Source of the DNA: Hypanus sabinus
Taxonomy: Eukaryota
DNA: 64,000 nucleotides
Assembly: GCF_030144855.1 (NCBI RefSeq)
Contig: NC_082723.1
Coordinates: forward strand, 25,916,001 to 25,980,000
Direction of reading: 5' to 3'
Shown: positions 28,401 to 41,217 of the stretch, piece by piece
How positions within the stretch are numbered: the first letter of the stretch is position 1
Layout: each line of letters starts with the position of its first letter
The notes under the pieces: generated by a model
Told to the model about the DNA's origin: nothing
The model's database searches: none
The model's input: only the letters and a program-made list of their open reading frames with translations
Position numbers and translations under genes: made by a program

Positions 28401-31400
28401 CTGCTCCCTTGTCTCCTCCACCAAAAACATAGAGGCAATCTCCAATAGCTGCAGTGGAACTGTGGCATGTTCTCGGTGTTGGTGGTGTTCCATTTACTGC
28501 TGGATTTCTCCACTCTCCAGTTTCTGGTTTAAACAACAGAATAACAGTCATATTATTTGTTATTTGACCAATAACAAATTGGCACTCTATTCTAGTAATT
28601 CTTCAGGTAAAATTTTCTGCAAATTATTTAACTTTAGCACATTTTATACACAAGAGATTCTGTAGATGCTGGAAATTCAGAGCAACATACAAAATGCTGG
28701 AGGAACTCAGCAAGTCAGGCAGCGTCTATAAAGAGGAATAAGCATTCAAAACCCTTCCACTCACTGGGTTTCACATATCACCTACAATCTTATACTGCTT
28801 TCTCCTCCCCCACCGTTTCATTGTGGCTTCTTCCCCCATCCTTTCCAGTCTTGATGAAGGACCTCAGGCCAAAAGTTGAGCAATTCATTCCTCTCCATAG
28901 ATGCAGCCTGACCTGTTGAATTCCTGTAGTAGATTACTTGCTCTGTCATAACAAACAAATTTGTCCTAAATAAAAATTTAAGGAGTTACAAAACAATGGT
29001 TGCGATCTTGCTGGAGCACAGCTCTTTACAGAGTCATCATAATCATTATGTGCTGTGTTGTACAACATGGGTGAACATGGTCTATGACCTTCCTACAGAA
29101 GTGGTGTGCTATTGCCTTCTTCAGGGCAGTGTCTTTTCAAGACAAGTGACAGGTGAGGGTGCTAAGTAGGTGCTATACATTTCCAAGGGTGACCTGCAGG
29201 CCTAAGTGAAGGAGCACCTTACATCTCCTATGGTACAGACAAATCTCTACATTGCCACCCCCCCTTTCAGAGTACCCTATTTGAATTCCTTCCACATTTC
29301 CTGTATAAAATGATCCTCTATTGTAAAATGTTAGAAGCTGATGTGAGATAAACAGAACACTTGGGACCTTGGTAAATGACAGCAGTTTAACCATGGGCTT
29401 TTGGGGCAGAGGAACAATGAAGCAAGTGATGGGATAAATCCCTCCCCCTTCAGGTTTCATCTATCACCTTGTGGTTCTCTCTCTCTCCTCCCCCCACCTT
29501 TAAAATCTACTCCTCAGCTTTTTCCTTCCAGTCCTGCCGAAGGGTTCTGCGCAAAACATCAAATGTACTATTTTCTATAGATTTTGCCTGACCTGCTGAG
29601 TTCCTCCAGCACTTTGTGTGTGTTGCTTGGATTTCCAGCATCTGCAGACTTTCTCTTGTTTTAGATTAGGTGGAGGCATGGAAACACAGAATGGATTGAA
29701 ATAAATACAAAGAGAATAAAAAGTAAACATGGAAAACTACCTTGAACAATTTATTACCTGCAACTAAATGCCATGTTTTCTTCCTTTCTTTAATTGGTTT
29801 GGGAGGCAAAGCAGGAATATCATTATTAAAAGGTCTTTAGTACTCCCAAATTTTTGCACTGTTTAATTATTTTTAGCAGTAATATCTTGAAACACTTGGT
29901 TGATTGATACTGACCATATTTGTGCAAGACTGGTGAGACAGCAATGCAAATTAACCATTAATTTCTTGTGAGTTCTAAATCTGGGAGTGTCATCTCACCA
30001 AAAATTAACTAACACCAGCAATAAATTCACTGTTTCTTTGATAGCCAATTCTGGCCTATTAATTAGTGTGTTAATCAAATAGGAACTTAGACATTACAAC
30101 AAAGGATGGCACAGCATCATTGTGGTTAGCACAACGCTTTACAGCTTCAGCTATTGGAAGATCAGGGTTCAATTTCCACTCCTGTCAGTAATTAGTTTGT
30201 ATGTTCTCCCCGTGACCTTGTGGATTTCCTCCAAGGTGCTCCAGTTTCCTCCCACAAGATATACTGGTTAGGGTTAGTAAGTTGTGGGGATGCTATGTTG
30301 TTGCTGAAAGCTTGGTGAAACTTGCAGGCTGCCCCCAGTACATCTTTAGGATGCAGTGGTTGTTAATTCAAAAATGACACAATTTACAGTATGTTTAAAT
30401 ATTTTGATGTACATGTAACAACTAAAGCTAACCATTAAGCCTTTAAACTTATCAAGCTTCAGTTATTTGTCGGTGACCAATGGCAACAGATCAAAGCTCT
30501 TAAATAATTTTACCGAAATTCAAAACTTGGATACAGTTCTTGTTTCCACATTCGTCTGCACCACCAAATAGCCACAAGCCAGCAGGCAGGGTCACAGGAA
30601 CAAAGCTGGCATGTTCATAACGCGGCAGTAACCCATTCCAGTCAGGTACATTCCATTCATGTCTATCTGTTTTACACAGAACAAAATTGAATACTATATA
30701 ATAACGGATGCAAACCAGCAAATATAAATAATCTTAAAGGGAAATTAATTCCATTACCATAATTAATTACCATATTGAGTTTACGAACCAGAGGCAGAGA
30801 TTGCTCAATAAGGTTTCAAGCAAACTGCAAGAACGCAAGACTTTAAGAGCAGATGACACCAGAACTACATTATCAGATCTCAATTAGTAAAAAGTTACTT
30901 AGAAAAAAATAAAATCAAGGGTAACTTACTGAGTTGGAGTTGAAAGAGAACTTATTAAAATAAATATAAAGAAATTAGGTTTATATTTTATATAAATTAG
31001 AGAAACACTGAGCATGATGGATCTACAATAAATGCATTCATTTTGGAAAGGGTTAGAAACATTCCACATTACAGAAATGCACCCATTGATCTCAGCACAA
31101 AGATTTCAGAGATACACAATTTCATCAAGAAACCTTAGTTGAACGTTTTAAGGAACTTGCCAATTTGCACTAGTCTAAGTATGTTTGATTTTCATTTTTA
31201 ATCCTTCAATGATAAGCTTAGTGGCTAATATTTGTTATTTAAGATTACTTAGACACATCACATATCATTATTATAGTGTACAACCATCTTTATTATATAT
31301 ATATGCTCTTCATCTACAGATTATAGTAGCTAATATCAATGTCAAATACATAATCCACAATTCTACTCTTGTGACTTCCAGACTCACTGCTGAGTGCACA

Positions 31401-34400
31401 CGAGAGACTCACTCATGACAAAGAAAGGCAAGACTGCATTTGACTTCAGAGTAAAGCACTGTACACCTGGTGGCAACTTTATTACGTAGACATGGTCAAA
31501 AGGCTCAGTTGTTGACCACAATCTTGTCATGTTGGAGGCTTGTGTGCCTCAATAACCCAGACAGTTATGTTGGCTGGAGTCAGGGTTTTATGCCAAATAC
31601 GCCAGACTAAAAGCTGATTTATACTTGCGCATACGGGCTATGCCGTAGCCCTGATTTTCACTTCTGCGTAGGTTTTACGCCACAGCGAGCATGCATTGGG
31701 GTGCGCTAAAACACTAGTTGGCATTGGGGTTTCTATGCCGCTTGTTGAGTTTCTTCGTGAGAGGCATGAACGAGGAAATGCATTTCAAACATTTTTGCAT
31801 GTTGGCAGGTAAATTTGGTTCATCTATTTTGCATCGGTGTACAGACATGGCGGAGGAGAAGCAACCGGAAGTGTGTAGGAGGAAATGTGATGCTACCGAG
31901 CGAACCAATCACAGTTGTTGCTGTCTGCGTCGCCGCAACATGTGAGTTACTCTTTTGGGAAGGTGCGCGTCACCCTATGGCATAGAGTGCGTGGTACCTA
32001 CAGCAGAGATGCGACACACAAGTATAAATCAGCCTTTAGAGTGGTACACTGGTCCTCCAGTTCAGGGGTTCCGCTCAAGGCTAACAACCTTGACCCGTCG
32101 AACAACAATGAAGAATCCTTCTATACTTATGTGCAAGGGTTTACCGGGTCCTCCACCCAAAACTTGCATGGCTAACAGTAGTGAAGACTGAGAGGAAGCT
32201 ACTAGCACGATGAAGGAAGCCATGAACACTGCCAAGACCAAAATTGGCCTAGGACAGGCATGGGCAAACTACGGCCCGGGGGCCATATGCGGCCCGTTAA
32301 GCTTTTTAATCCGGCCCACAGAACTTGATGAAATTATATTAATAAACCTTGTTAACGTTTTTTCCCCGCAATTCTGGCGTTTTCCCAATAGATGACGCAC
32401 TCTATATACATGGACCTTTGTTGAGGTGCAGCGTATTACTCCACATTTGCGCTTTACTCTTTGTTCGGCTCGAACTATTTGTGTGAACAGGCGTTCAGCG
32501 TCATGAACATCAACAAAGCCAGCCACAGATCCAAGTTAACTGACCAACACCTCAGATCCATCCTGAGAATCGCCACAACAAAACTAAATCCAGACTTTGA
32601 TGCACTGGCTAAAAAGGGAGACCAACAACACTGTTCACACTGAAATTAAAAATAAGTTTCTTCGTTGTGTTATGTAAAAAATGCATTTGAAAATATTTTT
32701 TCAATAAGCCTTACATGTTACATGTCATTTCTGTTAAGTGATGGACATGAGTAGTGTACAGGTGCATGTACGTTCTCAAAATAAAAAATGCGCTCCAGAT
32801 CAAATAACGCGCTCCGCATACTGGCGCGCTGTCAGGGTTCTGTCCTTGTGCTGGTCGTTGTTGAGTTTTGGCACAGGGGACAATTGAATAAGAAGGAGCA
32901 GGACAAGTAGACCTGCATCTCCTACCGTTTTTGAAATAAAGACAGTCAGGAGGAGAGTGATGATGATAATATCTTGAAGGATAACAGAATTTTCAGTGCT
33001 TTAAAATAATAACTGTTACTATGAAAAAAAGCTGTATTTTATTCATTTAATTTTCAGTGTTTTAAAAGTCATTTCAATAAATAGCTAAATACCATGGGAC
33101 TTCAGATATTTTGATGTAATGTATTTGTTCATTTTCATTTTCAATTGAAATTAAAGCACATGTTTTCTACATATCCCATGATATTTTATTTTCCCTTATG
33201 AGGTGTATTACCAAAACACTCCGTCCATCTGCTCCTGGTCCGGCCCCCCTGTCAAATTTTAGAACCCTTTGTGGCCCACAAGTCAAAAAGTGTGCCCACC
33301 CCTGGCCTAGGACAAACAGAGATGGAGGACCTTCATTGCTGCCCCAAATGCCAGTGGCATAACAGGCAGTAAGTAGGTTGTTCAGACCAAACATCAGAAT
33401 GGGGAAGAGATTCTGATTTAAATATCTTTAACTGTGGTAAGATTGTTGGTGCCAGATGGAGTGATTTGAGTATCTCAGAAACTGCTGATACCCTAGGATT
33501 TTCATGCACAACAGTCTCTAGAGTTTACAGTAAAACAAAAATCAAAACAACTTCCAGTGAGTGGCAGTTCTGTGGTCGAAAATGCTTTGTAAATGTGACA
33601 AGTCAGAGGAGGGTGGCCAGACTTGTTCACGCTGACAGGAAGGCAACGGTAAGTCAGATAACCACGTGGTGTGCAGAAGAGCATATTTGAATGCACATGT
33701 TGAACCTTGAAGTGCATGGGCTTCAGTAGCATAAGACCACACTGGGTTCCAGTCCTGTGGCCACTTTATCAAGTGGGATTGCATTTTAATAAAAACAAAG
33801 ATAATGAATGTTTCAATTTGACAATGAAATAATTAAAAACGTGTTGTTACCCAGTTCTAAGATATGGGCATCAGAAAAACTTCCATTCGGGTTTGCTCCT
33901 CCAGTTATAACAATCTTCCCTTTCCCAGGGGCATCCGGAATATATGTGAGTGTGTGACCAACACGAACTCCTGGTCTCTCTCCACTGGGTACAAGAGCAT
34001 ACCTATATAAAAAAGGGTGCGAAGAAGAATTCAAACATTACTGCACAATCATCTAAGAATTTTAATTCATTTTCTCTAAATCAAAGATAGTTTTTTTAAG
34101 GATCCTCAGGGCAATAGTCTTACTTATTCTAAAGGGCGGCTTTCAATATTCTACCTTATAACTTTTAAAGATTATTTTTTGATATATTGTTAAACATAGT
34201 GCACCAAGTATTTTCTCTTCCAGATTAACACACAAAAATGCAAGGGGATCTCAGCATGTCAGGCAGCATCTACGGAGGGAAATAAGCAGTTGATTTTTCA
34301 GGCCAAGGTTCTTCATTGAGAATGGAAAGGAAGAGGTGGTGGAGGCAGGAGGAGCATAAGCTGATGGATGGCAAGTGAATCCAGGCGGGGGAGTTGGGGG

Positions 34401-37400
34401 AAGAAGTGGGAATGATGTGAGAAGCAGGGAGACGACAGGTGGAAGACGTAAGGAGCTAAAGAAGCAACTGGATAGAGGAGGGCAGCAGACTGTGGAAGGA
34501 GGAGGGAGGAAGGTATGGGTGATGGGCAGGGGTGGTGAAGAGAAGGGGAATAGGGGAAAGAGGGATAAGGGAAAACAAAGAAGCGGGGTGGGTACAGATG
34601 AGAGTGGTTACCAGAAATTAGAGAAATTATTGTTGATGCCATCAGGTTGGAAATTTCCTGTCCCAAAACATCAACTGTTCAGTTCCCTTCATAGATACTG
34701 ACTGAGTTCCTCCAGCACTTTTTGTGTGTTGCTCCATTCCAGCATCTGAAACCTTTCCTGTGACTTCTCTACTAAATTGCTTTTATTTTACTTTCTATCC
34801 ACTTTAAGTAGCTCAACTGATAGAACTGAGCATGTGTATACTTTGAAATGGGGCAGCACAGTAGCATAGCACTTAGCATAAAGTTTTACAGTGTCAGAAA
34901 ATTCTCACTGCTGTCTGGAAGAAGTCTGTATATTCACCTCGTGATGCCTTGGGTTTACTCTGGGTGCTCAGTTTTCCTTCCACATTCCAAAGACGGAGTT
35001 GTTAAGGTTAGTAAGCTGTAGCTATGCTACGTCAGAGCCGGACAAACAGCGATACTTGTGGGCTGCCCCCAGCACATCCTTGCACTGTATTGGTCGTTGA
35101 AGCAAACGACGTATTTCATTGTATCTCTCAATGTTTCAAAGCATGTGACAAATAAAGCTCATCTCTTACCTTATGATGGTATGCAGTAGATTTGCCAATA
35201 CCACAAAGATGTAAATTTGATCTATTCAAACCAATGATCAGCAAATTAATCAATAGCATTCTTCATAACAAAGATCAAACTTTTCCTACTGAAATCTAAT
35301 GGTTTTCAGAAGTCAAGAGCTTTATGACCTCAGGATACAAGTACATAGTTCCCTGAAAGAAGGATTTTGACTCGCTAGCCTTCTTCCGTCAAGAACATCA
35401 GGACATCATGTTACCACTGTATAAGTCATTGGTGAGACCTCATTTGGAGTGCTGTGTACAATTTTAGCCACCTAACAAGAGAAATTATATTATTAAGCTG
35501 GAAATGGTGCAGAAAAGATTCACTAAGGATGATACAAGAACCAAAGGGCTTGAATTATAAAGGAGAGAGTATATAAGCTGGGCCATTTTTCCTCTGTCGT
35601 GTATGAGGCTCTGAGGAAGCCTAGAAAGGTGTATACAAGAAGCATATACAAGGCAGCCACAATACTTTTCAGACAGAGGCTAGTGGGTACATGAAACGAG
35701 CTGTCAGAGTTAAGTGACAGAGACAATTACAATAACAATACTTGGGACAGGTTCCTGGATAAAAAGGTGTCTGGGTCAAACACAAGCAAATGGGACTAGC
35801 TCAAGAAGGTAACTTGGTTGGCATGGAGAAATCAGACTTCAAATGACCATATAATTTCTGATAACTTACAGAATCTGTGGAATCAGAAGTATGGATGGAT
35901 TCCACATTAAAAAATGAATTGTTCTTGGCTACAGCAGACTCTCTGGTAGAACATTTTGTTTACCTTTAAGACTGGAGCATTAATAATAGGCACTTTGGTG
36001 AGGTATTAGAAGGCGACTTGAATTTGTGGAATTGTGGACCTATGCAAAGTGAAGATTCAAGGAAGAAAACAGACTGAGTACTAAAAGCTAATAGCGGGGT
36101 AGGCAGAATGGAATTTATTTTGTTACCCTTGTTAGACTAAGTTCTGCACAGTTGACCTGGACATTTTTTTTTCCTTCTTCTATATAAGCATTCTCTCTCT
36201 AGTTTCCCTATTGAGATCTTCCATTATCTTTTCTATGTTCCTCAGCCTCTTTTCAAGAGAAAAGGGAAACCAATCAGTTCATTCTTTTTATTTATATAAC
36301 CTTACAGTAGTTTTCTTGGAAATATTTTGTTACAAATTAGAACTGGAATACTTAAATATCATTCTAAAACTTGTACATAGAGAACAGAGAAATACTTTTT
36401 ATCTGCTATTATTTTATGCGCTGTATGTAATATACATACTGCTTTGCACCTTGATTCCTGACGAATTTTTTTTTGTTTATGTTCATGTGTACTGTTGAAT
36501 GAATAAATTTGAACCTTAACAGATTGATTAGGTACTCAGTGGGTTCTGGTTAATTGGGACACATCAGAACCAGTTCTTTTTGGCCCATTTAAGTGGCTGC
36601 CCCAATTAGTCAAAGTTTCAAGGAAATATTTAAAAAAAGACTGAATAATGATGCATGTACTTAAATAAAATATAGAACAAATTAAAACATTACCAATGAT
36701 ATTACAGTACTACAAAACTGGTCATCAGTTCCTAATAGCTACCAATGGAGGAATTCATGCAGTGTACACTGCTATGTATGGGGTGTCCAGGGAAGGGTAG
36801 CACCACTGCTGGATGGGCTTGTTCTAGCCATTCTGGTCCAGCTCACTCACCTTGGGTTCCCATCAAACATTCAACTCTCACCTGTGGCTAAAAATTGCAG
36901 TTTGTATGCGACAGCAGCCACACCCACTTGAAGGCCATACCGCTTTGATCAGCTAAACCAGGTGACGGTACGCAGCAGGCCTCGTAACCCGATGAGTTAG
37001 GGACATGCTTGCTTAGCTTGTGAAGTCAGCTCTGGCAGACTGGGCAGCTAAGATCAACAACGAGATCCAACAGCCAAGAAGTTGGTTCTGCAACACTTCA
37101 TAGAGAGGACAGAGCATGAAAAGGCACAAAATAAGCCATGATCATCCTCTGCAGCCATGAAAGACTCCAGTTTGTGATGGCTACTTGTACCACTGGACCG
37201 GGATTTCCCAGGTTGAGAGAGTGGATCAGTCCCAGTGCAATGGCTTTTCCACTTCAAAAACTCTCCTGCACAGGCTTCACTGTCATCATCGGATACAACG
37301 GACTGCAGTGTTCTATGTAAATGAACAAAATTAGTGCAGACACCTCATGCAGATAATGGATAACCTTCAAACAATGCTTTTACCGACTGCACCATCCAAA

Positions 37401-37969
37401 TCTTCATTTTCCTTATAACATTCAAGGTGATTATACATATCTTCAAATTCTTCATCGTTCCTAACTTGGAAATGTTTCATTTTCATTCCTGGCCACCTCT
37501 AATCCTGAATGCTTGAAACCACAGTGAGCAAAACAATTCTCAGTTGCCTTACTGCTTATTTCTTGCCATTAGTGCCAAAATGCCATTGCTTTTAGAACAC
37601 AAAGACATGCAAATGACATAATTAAAAACTGTTCACTCTAAACATAGTGTAGTGTTCAACGGCCACATAAGTTCACATGACTGATGCTCATTAGAAGCTG
37701 TCTCAATTCAGCAGCATAGTTTCCCAAGTAAACAAAAGGAACCCCGGCTATTTTCTCAATTACTTTATTACTTATTATCATCAAAGAGTTGTCCCAAATA
37801 AGCAGCTGTCCTGATTAACCAGAACCTACTGTTATTGAAATGATTCAGATCACAGAGGCAATAAATCATAATCTGATCACTTATAGTCAAACTATAAAAA
37901 TGCATTGAGATCCTACCATATTGCTGCTTGGGGAATTTCCTCTGGCTCCAAGACAGGCAACAATCCCAT
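25110..37969 (-). CDS. RABEPK: Rab9 effector protein with kelch motifs (p40), 7 coding exons, 375 aa
   Basis: Minus-strand exons 37969-37917, 34002-33851, 30666-30514, 28523-28362, 26653-26504, 26272-26123, 25417-25110 join in frame (1128 nt). Kelch repeats (RVGHT..GGANP, PRYEHAS..FGGA, PRTCHSS..FGGG, PRHGHVM..HGGLAG, RAAHSA..FGGL) and C-terminal LIFGGMDTQGEIYNDC match RABEPK as recalled. Confidence 0.95.
26123..26272 (-). CDS. RABEPK: RABEPK coding exon 6
   Basis: VNMEWKKVKMKGDIPGGRAAHSAVSHGKYLFIFGGLDATGALDTMYKYHI. Confidence 0.94.
26504..26653 (-). CDS. RABEPK: RABEPK coding exon 5
   Basis: ATLSWSQKSTEGEPPAPRHGHVMVGVGSKLFIHGGLAGDKFFNDMYTIDT. Confidence 0.94.
28362..28523 (-). CDS. RABEPK: RABEPK coding exon 4
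   Basis: ETGEWRNPAVNGTPPTPRTCHSSTAAIGDCLYVFGGGDKGAEPVQDTQLHAFDK. Confidence 0.94.
30104..30432 (+). mobile_element. tRNA-derived V-SINE (tail type B)
   Basis: A/B-box-like head and V-domain TTTGTATGTTCTCCCCGTGACC..GGTGCTCCAGTTTCCTCCCACA. Confidence 0.75.
30514..30666 (-). CDS. RABEPK: RABEPK coding exon 3
   Basis: DRHEWNVPDWNGLLPRYEHASFVPVTLPAGLWLFGGADECGNKNCIQVLNF. Confidence 0.94.
31610..32036. mobile_element. MITE, probably PIF/Harbinger-type
   Basis: TIRs AAAGCTGATTTATACTTG / CAAGTATAAATCAGCCTT; TA(A)-type flanks; CpG retained. Confidence 0.75.
32255..33304 (+). mobile_element. hAT (Charlie/Buster-type) deletion derivative
   Basis: TIRs CAGGCATGGGCAAACT / AGTGTGCCCACCCCTG; perfect 8-bp TSD GCCTAGGA; transposase C-terminus FGSNYLCEQAFSVMNINKASHRSKLTDQHL at 32461-32643. 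Confidence 0.92.
33851..34002 (-). CDS. RABEPK: RABEPK coding exon 2
   Basis: YALVPSGERPGVRVGHTLTYIPDAPGKGKIVITGGANPNGSFSDAHILEL. Confidence 0.93.
34225..34765. mobile_element. Penelope-like 3' region (minus) followed by an inverted terminal unit (plus)
   Basis: Terminal unit and purine-rich tract on minus to ~34660, then CATAGATACTGACTGAGTTCCTCCAGCA on plus. Confidence 0.65.
34850..35165 (+). mobile_element. tRNA-derived V-SINE (tail type B)
   Basis: GGGGCAGCACAGTAGCATAG head; V-domain; GTGACAAATAAAGCT end. Confidence 0.72.
35330..35850 (+). mobile_element. CR1 3' fragment
   Basis: LYKSLVRPHLECCVQF. Confidence 0.7.
36537..37831. mobile_element. Tigger/pogo-like non-autonomous element with an insertion at ~36776-37305
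   Basis: TIRs CAGTGGGTTCTGGTTAATTGGGACA / TGTCCTGATTAACCAGAACCTACTG. Confidence 0.65.
37917..37969 (-). CDS. RABEPK: RABEPK first coding exon
   Basis: MGLLPVLEPEEIPQAAI(W); acceptor at 37986-37985, donor GTAGGA at 37916. Confidence 0.88.
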
Positions 37970-38529
37970 AACCACTTGAGAAAGCTGGAATAAAATGGGC
38001 AGTCAGTAAGCAATTACCCTTTTGTGTTCCATGTTTAAAATGTCTCATAATTAATTCCCAAATTGATTAAAACGTGAAACTGAAATTAATCTATCATGTA
38101 GCATACTGGAGATCCAAATTTTTGTGTTATTACAATAGTTTGTACTTTAAAACAAAATCACACTGACATTAAAAAGTGCACTTCTGTTGCACATTTCATA
38201 ACCTCAAAAGTTCTTCTAAGTCAATGATTATTTTGGAATTGAAATGGAGGAAATGTACAACAATTTGCATTCAACCACCTCCCATAAATACCAATGTGCT
38301 AACATCTAGATATCAACCTTAGTATTAGTAATGGAGAAAAAGTGAGTACTGGATAGAATAGACATTTGAAGATGAGGGGCTGCATGATCCCTTGATAATT
38401 ATTGAGGGATCACCTCAGAGATATAGGATGTTTCCAGTAGTGAGAGGAGAGCCTAGGACCCAAGGACACTGCCTCAGCAGTGATTCCCCTTTAGAACAGA
38501 GATGAAAATGAATTTGGGTGGTGAATAGC

Positions 38530-39385
38530 CACTGGGTGGTCAAGATAGCACCAGTGGACATGACCAACAGCGAAGTCCTGCAGACAGTTCACGAAACAAC
38601 TTACTTTACTTCTTGTTCTTTCAAATATAATTCTACTACTAAGCTGTGTGTGATTGGAACCTATAATTTACATTTTGATAGTGTGTTTTTTTGGGCTGAT
38701 TGTGTGATCTGGTTCTTTACTGTCTCTGACGGAGTTTGATGAGGTTTGGAGTGGAGTGTGTGTGGTGGCCTGGAAGCCTGAAGACAGACTCCATTGCTTC
38801 TCTCCAACTGAAGCGTCAAGGGTATGAGCCCATGATTGACTCCATTGCTCCTCTCCAATTGAGTTGTTGAGCAAGGGTAAAGTCAATGAGGACGAGAGCG
38901 AAGGACAGGTGGGTGTTCAGCGCCGTCTGCTTATGTTTGACCGATTTTCCTCTCCCTCTTGCTGGCTGCTTTTGGAGGAAAGTGCAGGAGTCTTGGGATC
39001 CATGGACTCATTTTGGGAGGCTTTGAGGTACATTTCGCACGTGCTCCTGGATTCTGGTTCCTCTTTTTTTTTAAGCTGTCTCTGAGCGGGTTGATGGGAC
39101 GGTCGATGCGGACTGGGCTGTTTTGGTGAAGAATGGCTTTGTGGCCTGTATGGGCTAGTAGAATGATACTGAACCGAACTAAGCTGAATACTACTGGTTT
39201 GAAGTTTCATATTCTATGTGTTGTTTACTCACTTTTTGCCATTTGCACAATTTGTTCTTTTTTTCGTGCGTTGGTGTTTTCTTGAGCAGGTTCCACGGTG
39301 CTTTTTTATATAGCTGCCTGCAGGAGGACGCATCTCAGAGTTGTATTCTATACACATTCTTTGTTAATAAATGTACTTTGAATCT
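38530..39385 (+). mobile_element. Rex/Babar-related non-autonomous element between CR1 fragments
   Basis: GTCAAGATAGCACC start, AATAAATGTACTTTGAA end; CR1 pieces at ~38400-38530 and ~39405-39655. Confidence 0.5.
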
Positions 39386-40876
39386 GGTTGTAGCAGATAG
39401 CTGTACTTCAGAACAGAGATGAGGAGGAATTTCTTTAGCCCAAGGGTGATGAATCTATGGAATTCATTGTCACAGATGGCTGTGGAGGCCAAGCTATTTA
39501 AACCAGAGTTGGTAGGTTCTTGATTAGTTAGGGCATTAAAGGTTACATGAAGAAGGCAGGAGAATTGCGTTAAGAAAGAGTAATAAGCCTTGTTTGAATG
39601 CAGAGCAGACTCAATAGTGCAGTGGCCTAATTCTGTTGCTAAATCATATGGTCCTACTGAAAACTCCAAGAGGTAGGTGGAGTGTATTCTATCTTGTAGC
39701 CCTAATCACACCAAGTTCTGTACAGTTTATCTGGTGTAATGCCACCTATTTCCTCTTCCATATCAGTGGAAGCATCGTCCCTATGCCCGACCAAAATCGT
39801 TCCTCTCTACTCCCTCTCTGTGGTGATCCCTCAATGAATACCGGATCAAGGGAATAATGCAACTCCTCTCCTTCAAAAGAAAAATAAATAAATTATAGTT
39901 TTTGGAAATCTTAAACAGAAACATAAAATGCTGGAAACTTTCAGTAGGCTAAGCAGCTGTGTTAAAAGTTTCAGATCAGAGATCCTTGGCAGAACTGGCA
40001 GACATAAAAGAAAGCTAATTCTAAGTTTTGGAGAACAAGGTAGAAGAATGGATGAGACAAAGGAATTAACTATGATAGAGGGGGTCTAGGACAAATTGGT
40101 TAAGGGAGACACTAGAGAGTGATTATGCTTCTTTGTCTGCATAAGGAGTTGCTGATCACAAGACTGTGTTTATGTGCCCAGCGGATCATTTGGAGAGTGA
40201 TGGGTACCATTAATAGTATTAATGGCGCAGTTGGAGAATGATTATTCTTCTTTGTCTGTGTTACGTGTTGCTGATGGCAGGACTGGTTATAGTAATGAAG
40301 AGAGAAAAGCAGAGTCTGAAATCATAACTGAGTGAATGCAGGAATGGCTAGTTCTGATACAGATGGAAGAACAACTTACCTAACGATGGAGAATTTATAT
40401 AGAGTCCAGGAGTGAAAGGCCAGGAGTTCCATCCACAAAAAGCTGACTTGTAATGGTTATGGCTAAGATCAAGACAGGAACCAGAAATGGACCATGTGAA
40501 ATGTGAGCACTAGAAGGAAGTTGGCTTAAAAGTAAGCAGGAAGTCAGGTAAGCCCAGGTGAGGGAGAATGTTGTGAAAAGCTGGGAGGGGGTAGGTGGAA
40601 TAGCTAAAGGGCTGAATCCAACAGAAGAGTAGAATAGACCATGGAATAAAGAAAAGGAGGGGGAAAGCAGAGGGAGGTGATGAGCAGGTCATAAGAGCAT
40701 GGAAGAAAAGAGGTAAGAGAACCACCTCCCCCTCTCCCCGCCTTCTTTCTTTGTTTTCTGCTCTCTTCCTTTCCAAACCTGTTTATTCCCCACCATATAT
40801 CTCCAGCATCCTGCGTGTGATGGTCAAGATTTCCAACAACTGTTCTCTTTTTCTCTCTCCATTATGCAGTACTTAC

Positions 40877-40930
40877 ACCGTCACCGCTCCATGCAAACTC
40901 CTCTCCGTGTCCCGGCGTTGCTGTGACGAT
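40877..40930 (-). other. RABEPK: Probable non-coding first exon of RABEPK
   Basis: Minus-strand donor GTAAGT at 40876-40871 on the left edge of the CpG island; 5' end approximate. Confidence 0.65.
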
Positions 40931-41217
40931 CGGCAACCCCTGAACTTTCACCCCCGCCCCTCCCCGCGGTGACCAATGGAGAAGGAGGCGCCCGGCGCGT
41001 GAGGCAATCAGAGAGCGGCGCTGATTCGAGGAAACCGGAAAAGGGGAAGCCAGGCTCCACCGAGTGAGCGATTGGCCGGCCGGGAGTCGGGGGGATCGGC
41101 GAGCAGCGGCTGGAGCCGGGGAAAGCGGAGTGCCGCGGCGCCGCTGGCAATCGGGAGAGTCGCTAGGACCGGAAACGCGTCACTGGCCCGGAGGGGCCGT
41201 TCAGTCAGTGTCCCAAA
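40880..41217. promoter_or_regulatory. Bidirectional CpG-island promoter of RABEPK and PPP6C
   Basis: GC/CpG-rich with no TATA seen; CCAAT (~40973) and ATTGG (~41071); ETS-like CCGGAA (~41035, ~41170); GC box CCCCGCCCC (~40952); X-box-like GTTGCTGTGACGAT (~40917); YY1-type CAAAATGGCG overlapping the PPP6C ATG. Confidence 0.85.

Larger units (their letters stand above)
31515..33375 (+). mobile_element. RTE-like non-autonomous element hosting two DNA transposons
   Basis: Segments 31515-31609, 32037-32254, 33305-33375; ends GGAGGACCTTCATTGCTGCCC..CAGTAAGTA. Confidence 0.6.
31464..33770 (+). mobile_element. Tc1-like element (same family as 15730-16267) split by nested insertions
   Basis: 31464-31514 and 33377-33770 are contiguous in the 15730 copy; SISETADTLGFSCTTVSRVY. 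Confidence 0.75.

Noticed and set aside
30104-30180. Possible tRNA genes (also 34850, 44282, 62500-62577)
   Set aside because: Degenerate tRNA-derived SINE heads fused to the V-domain; no intact cloverleaf.
32461-32643. Exon of a domesticated GTF2IRD2/ZBED-like gene
   Set aside because: Sits between TIRs and a TSD with the rest of the transposase deleted.
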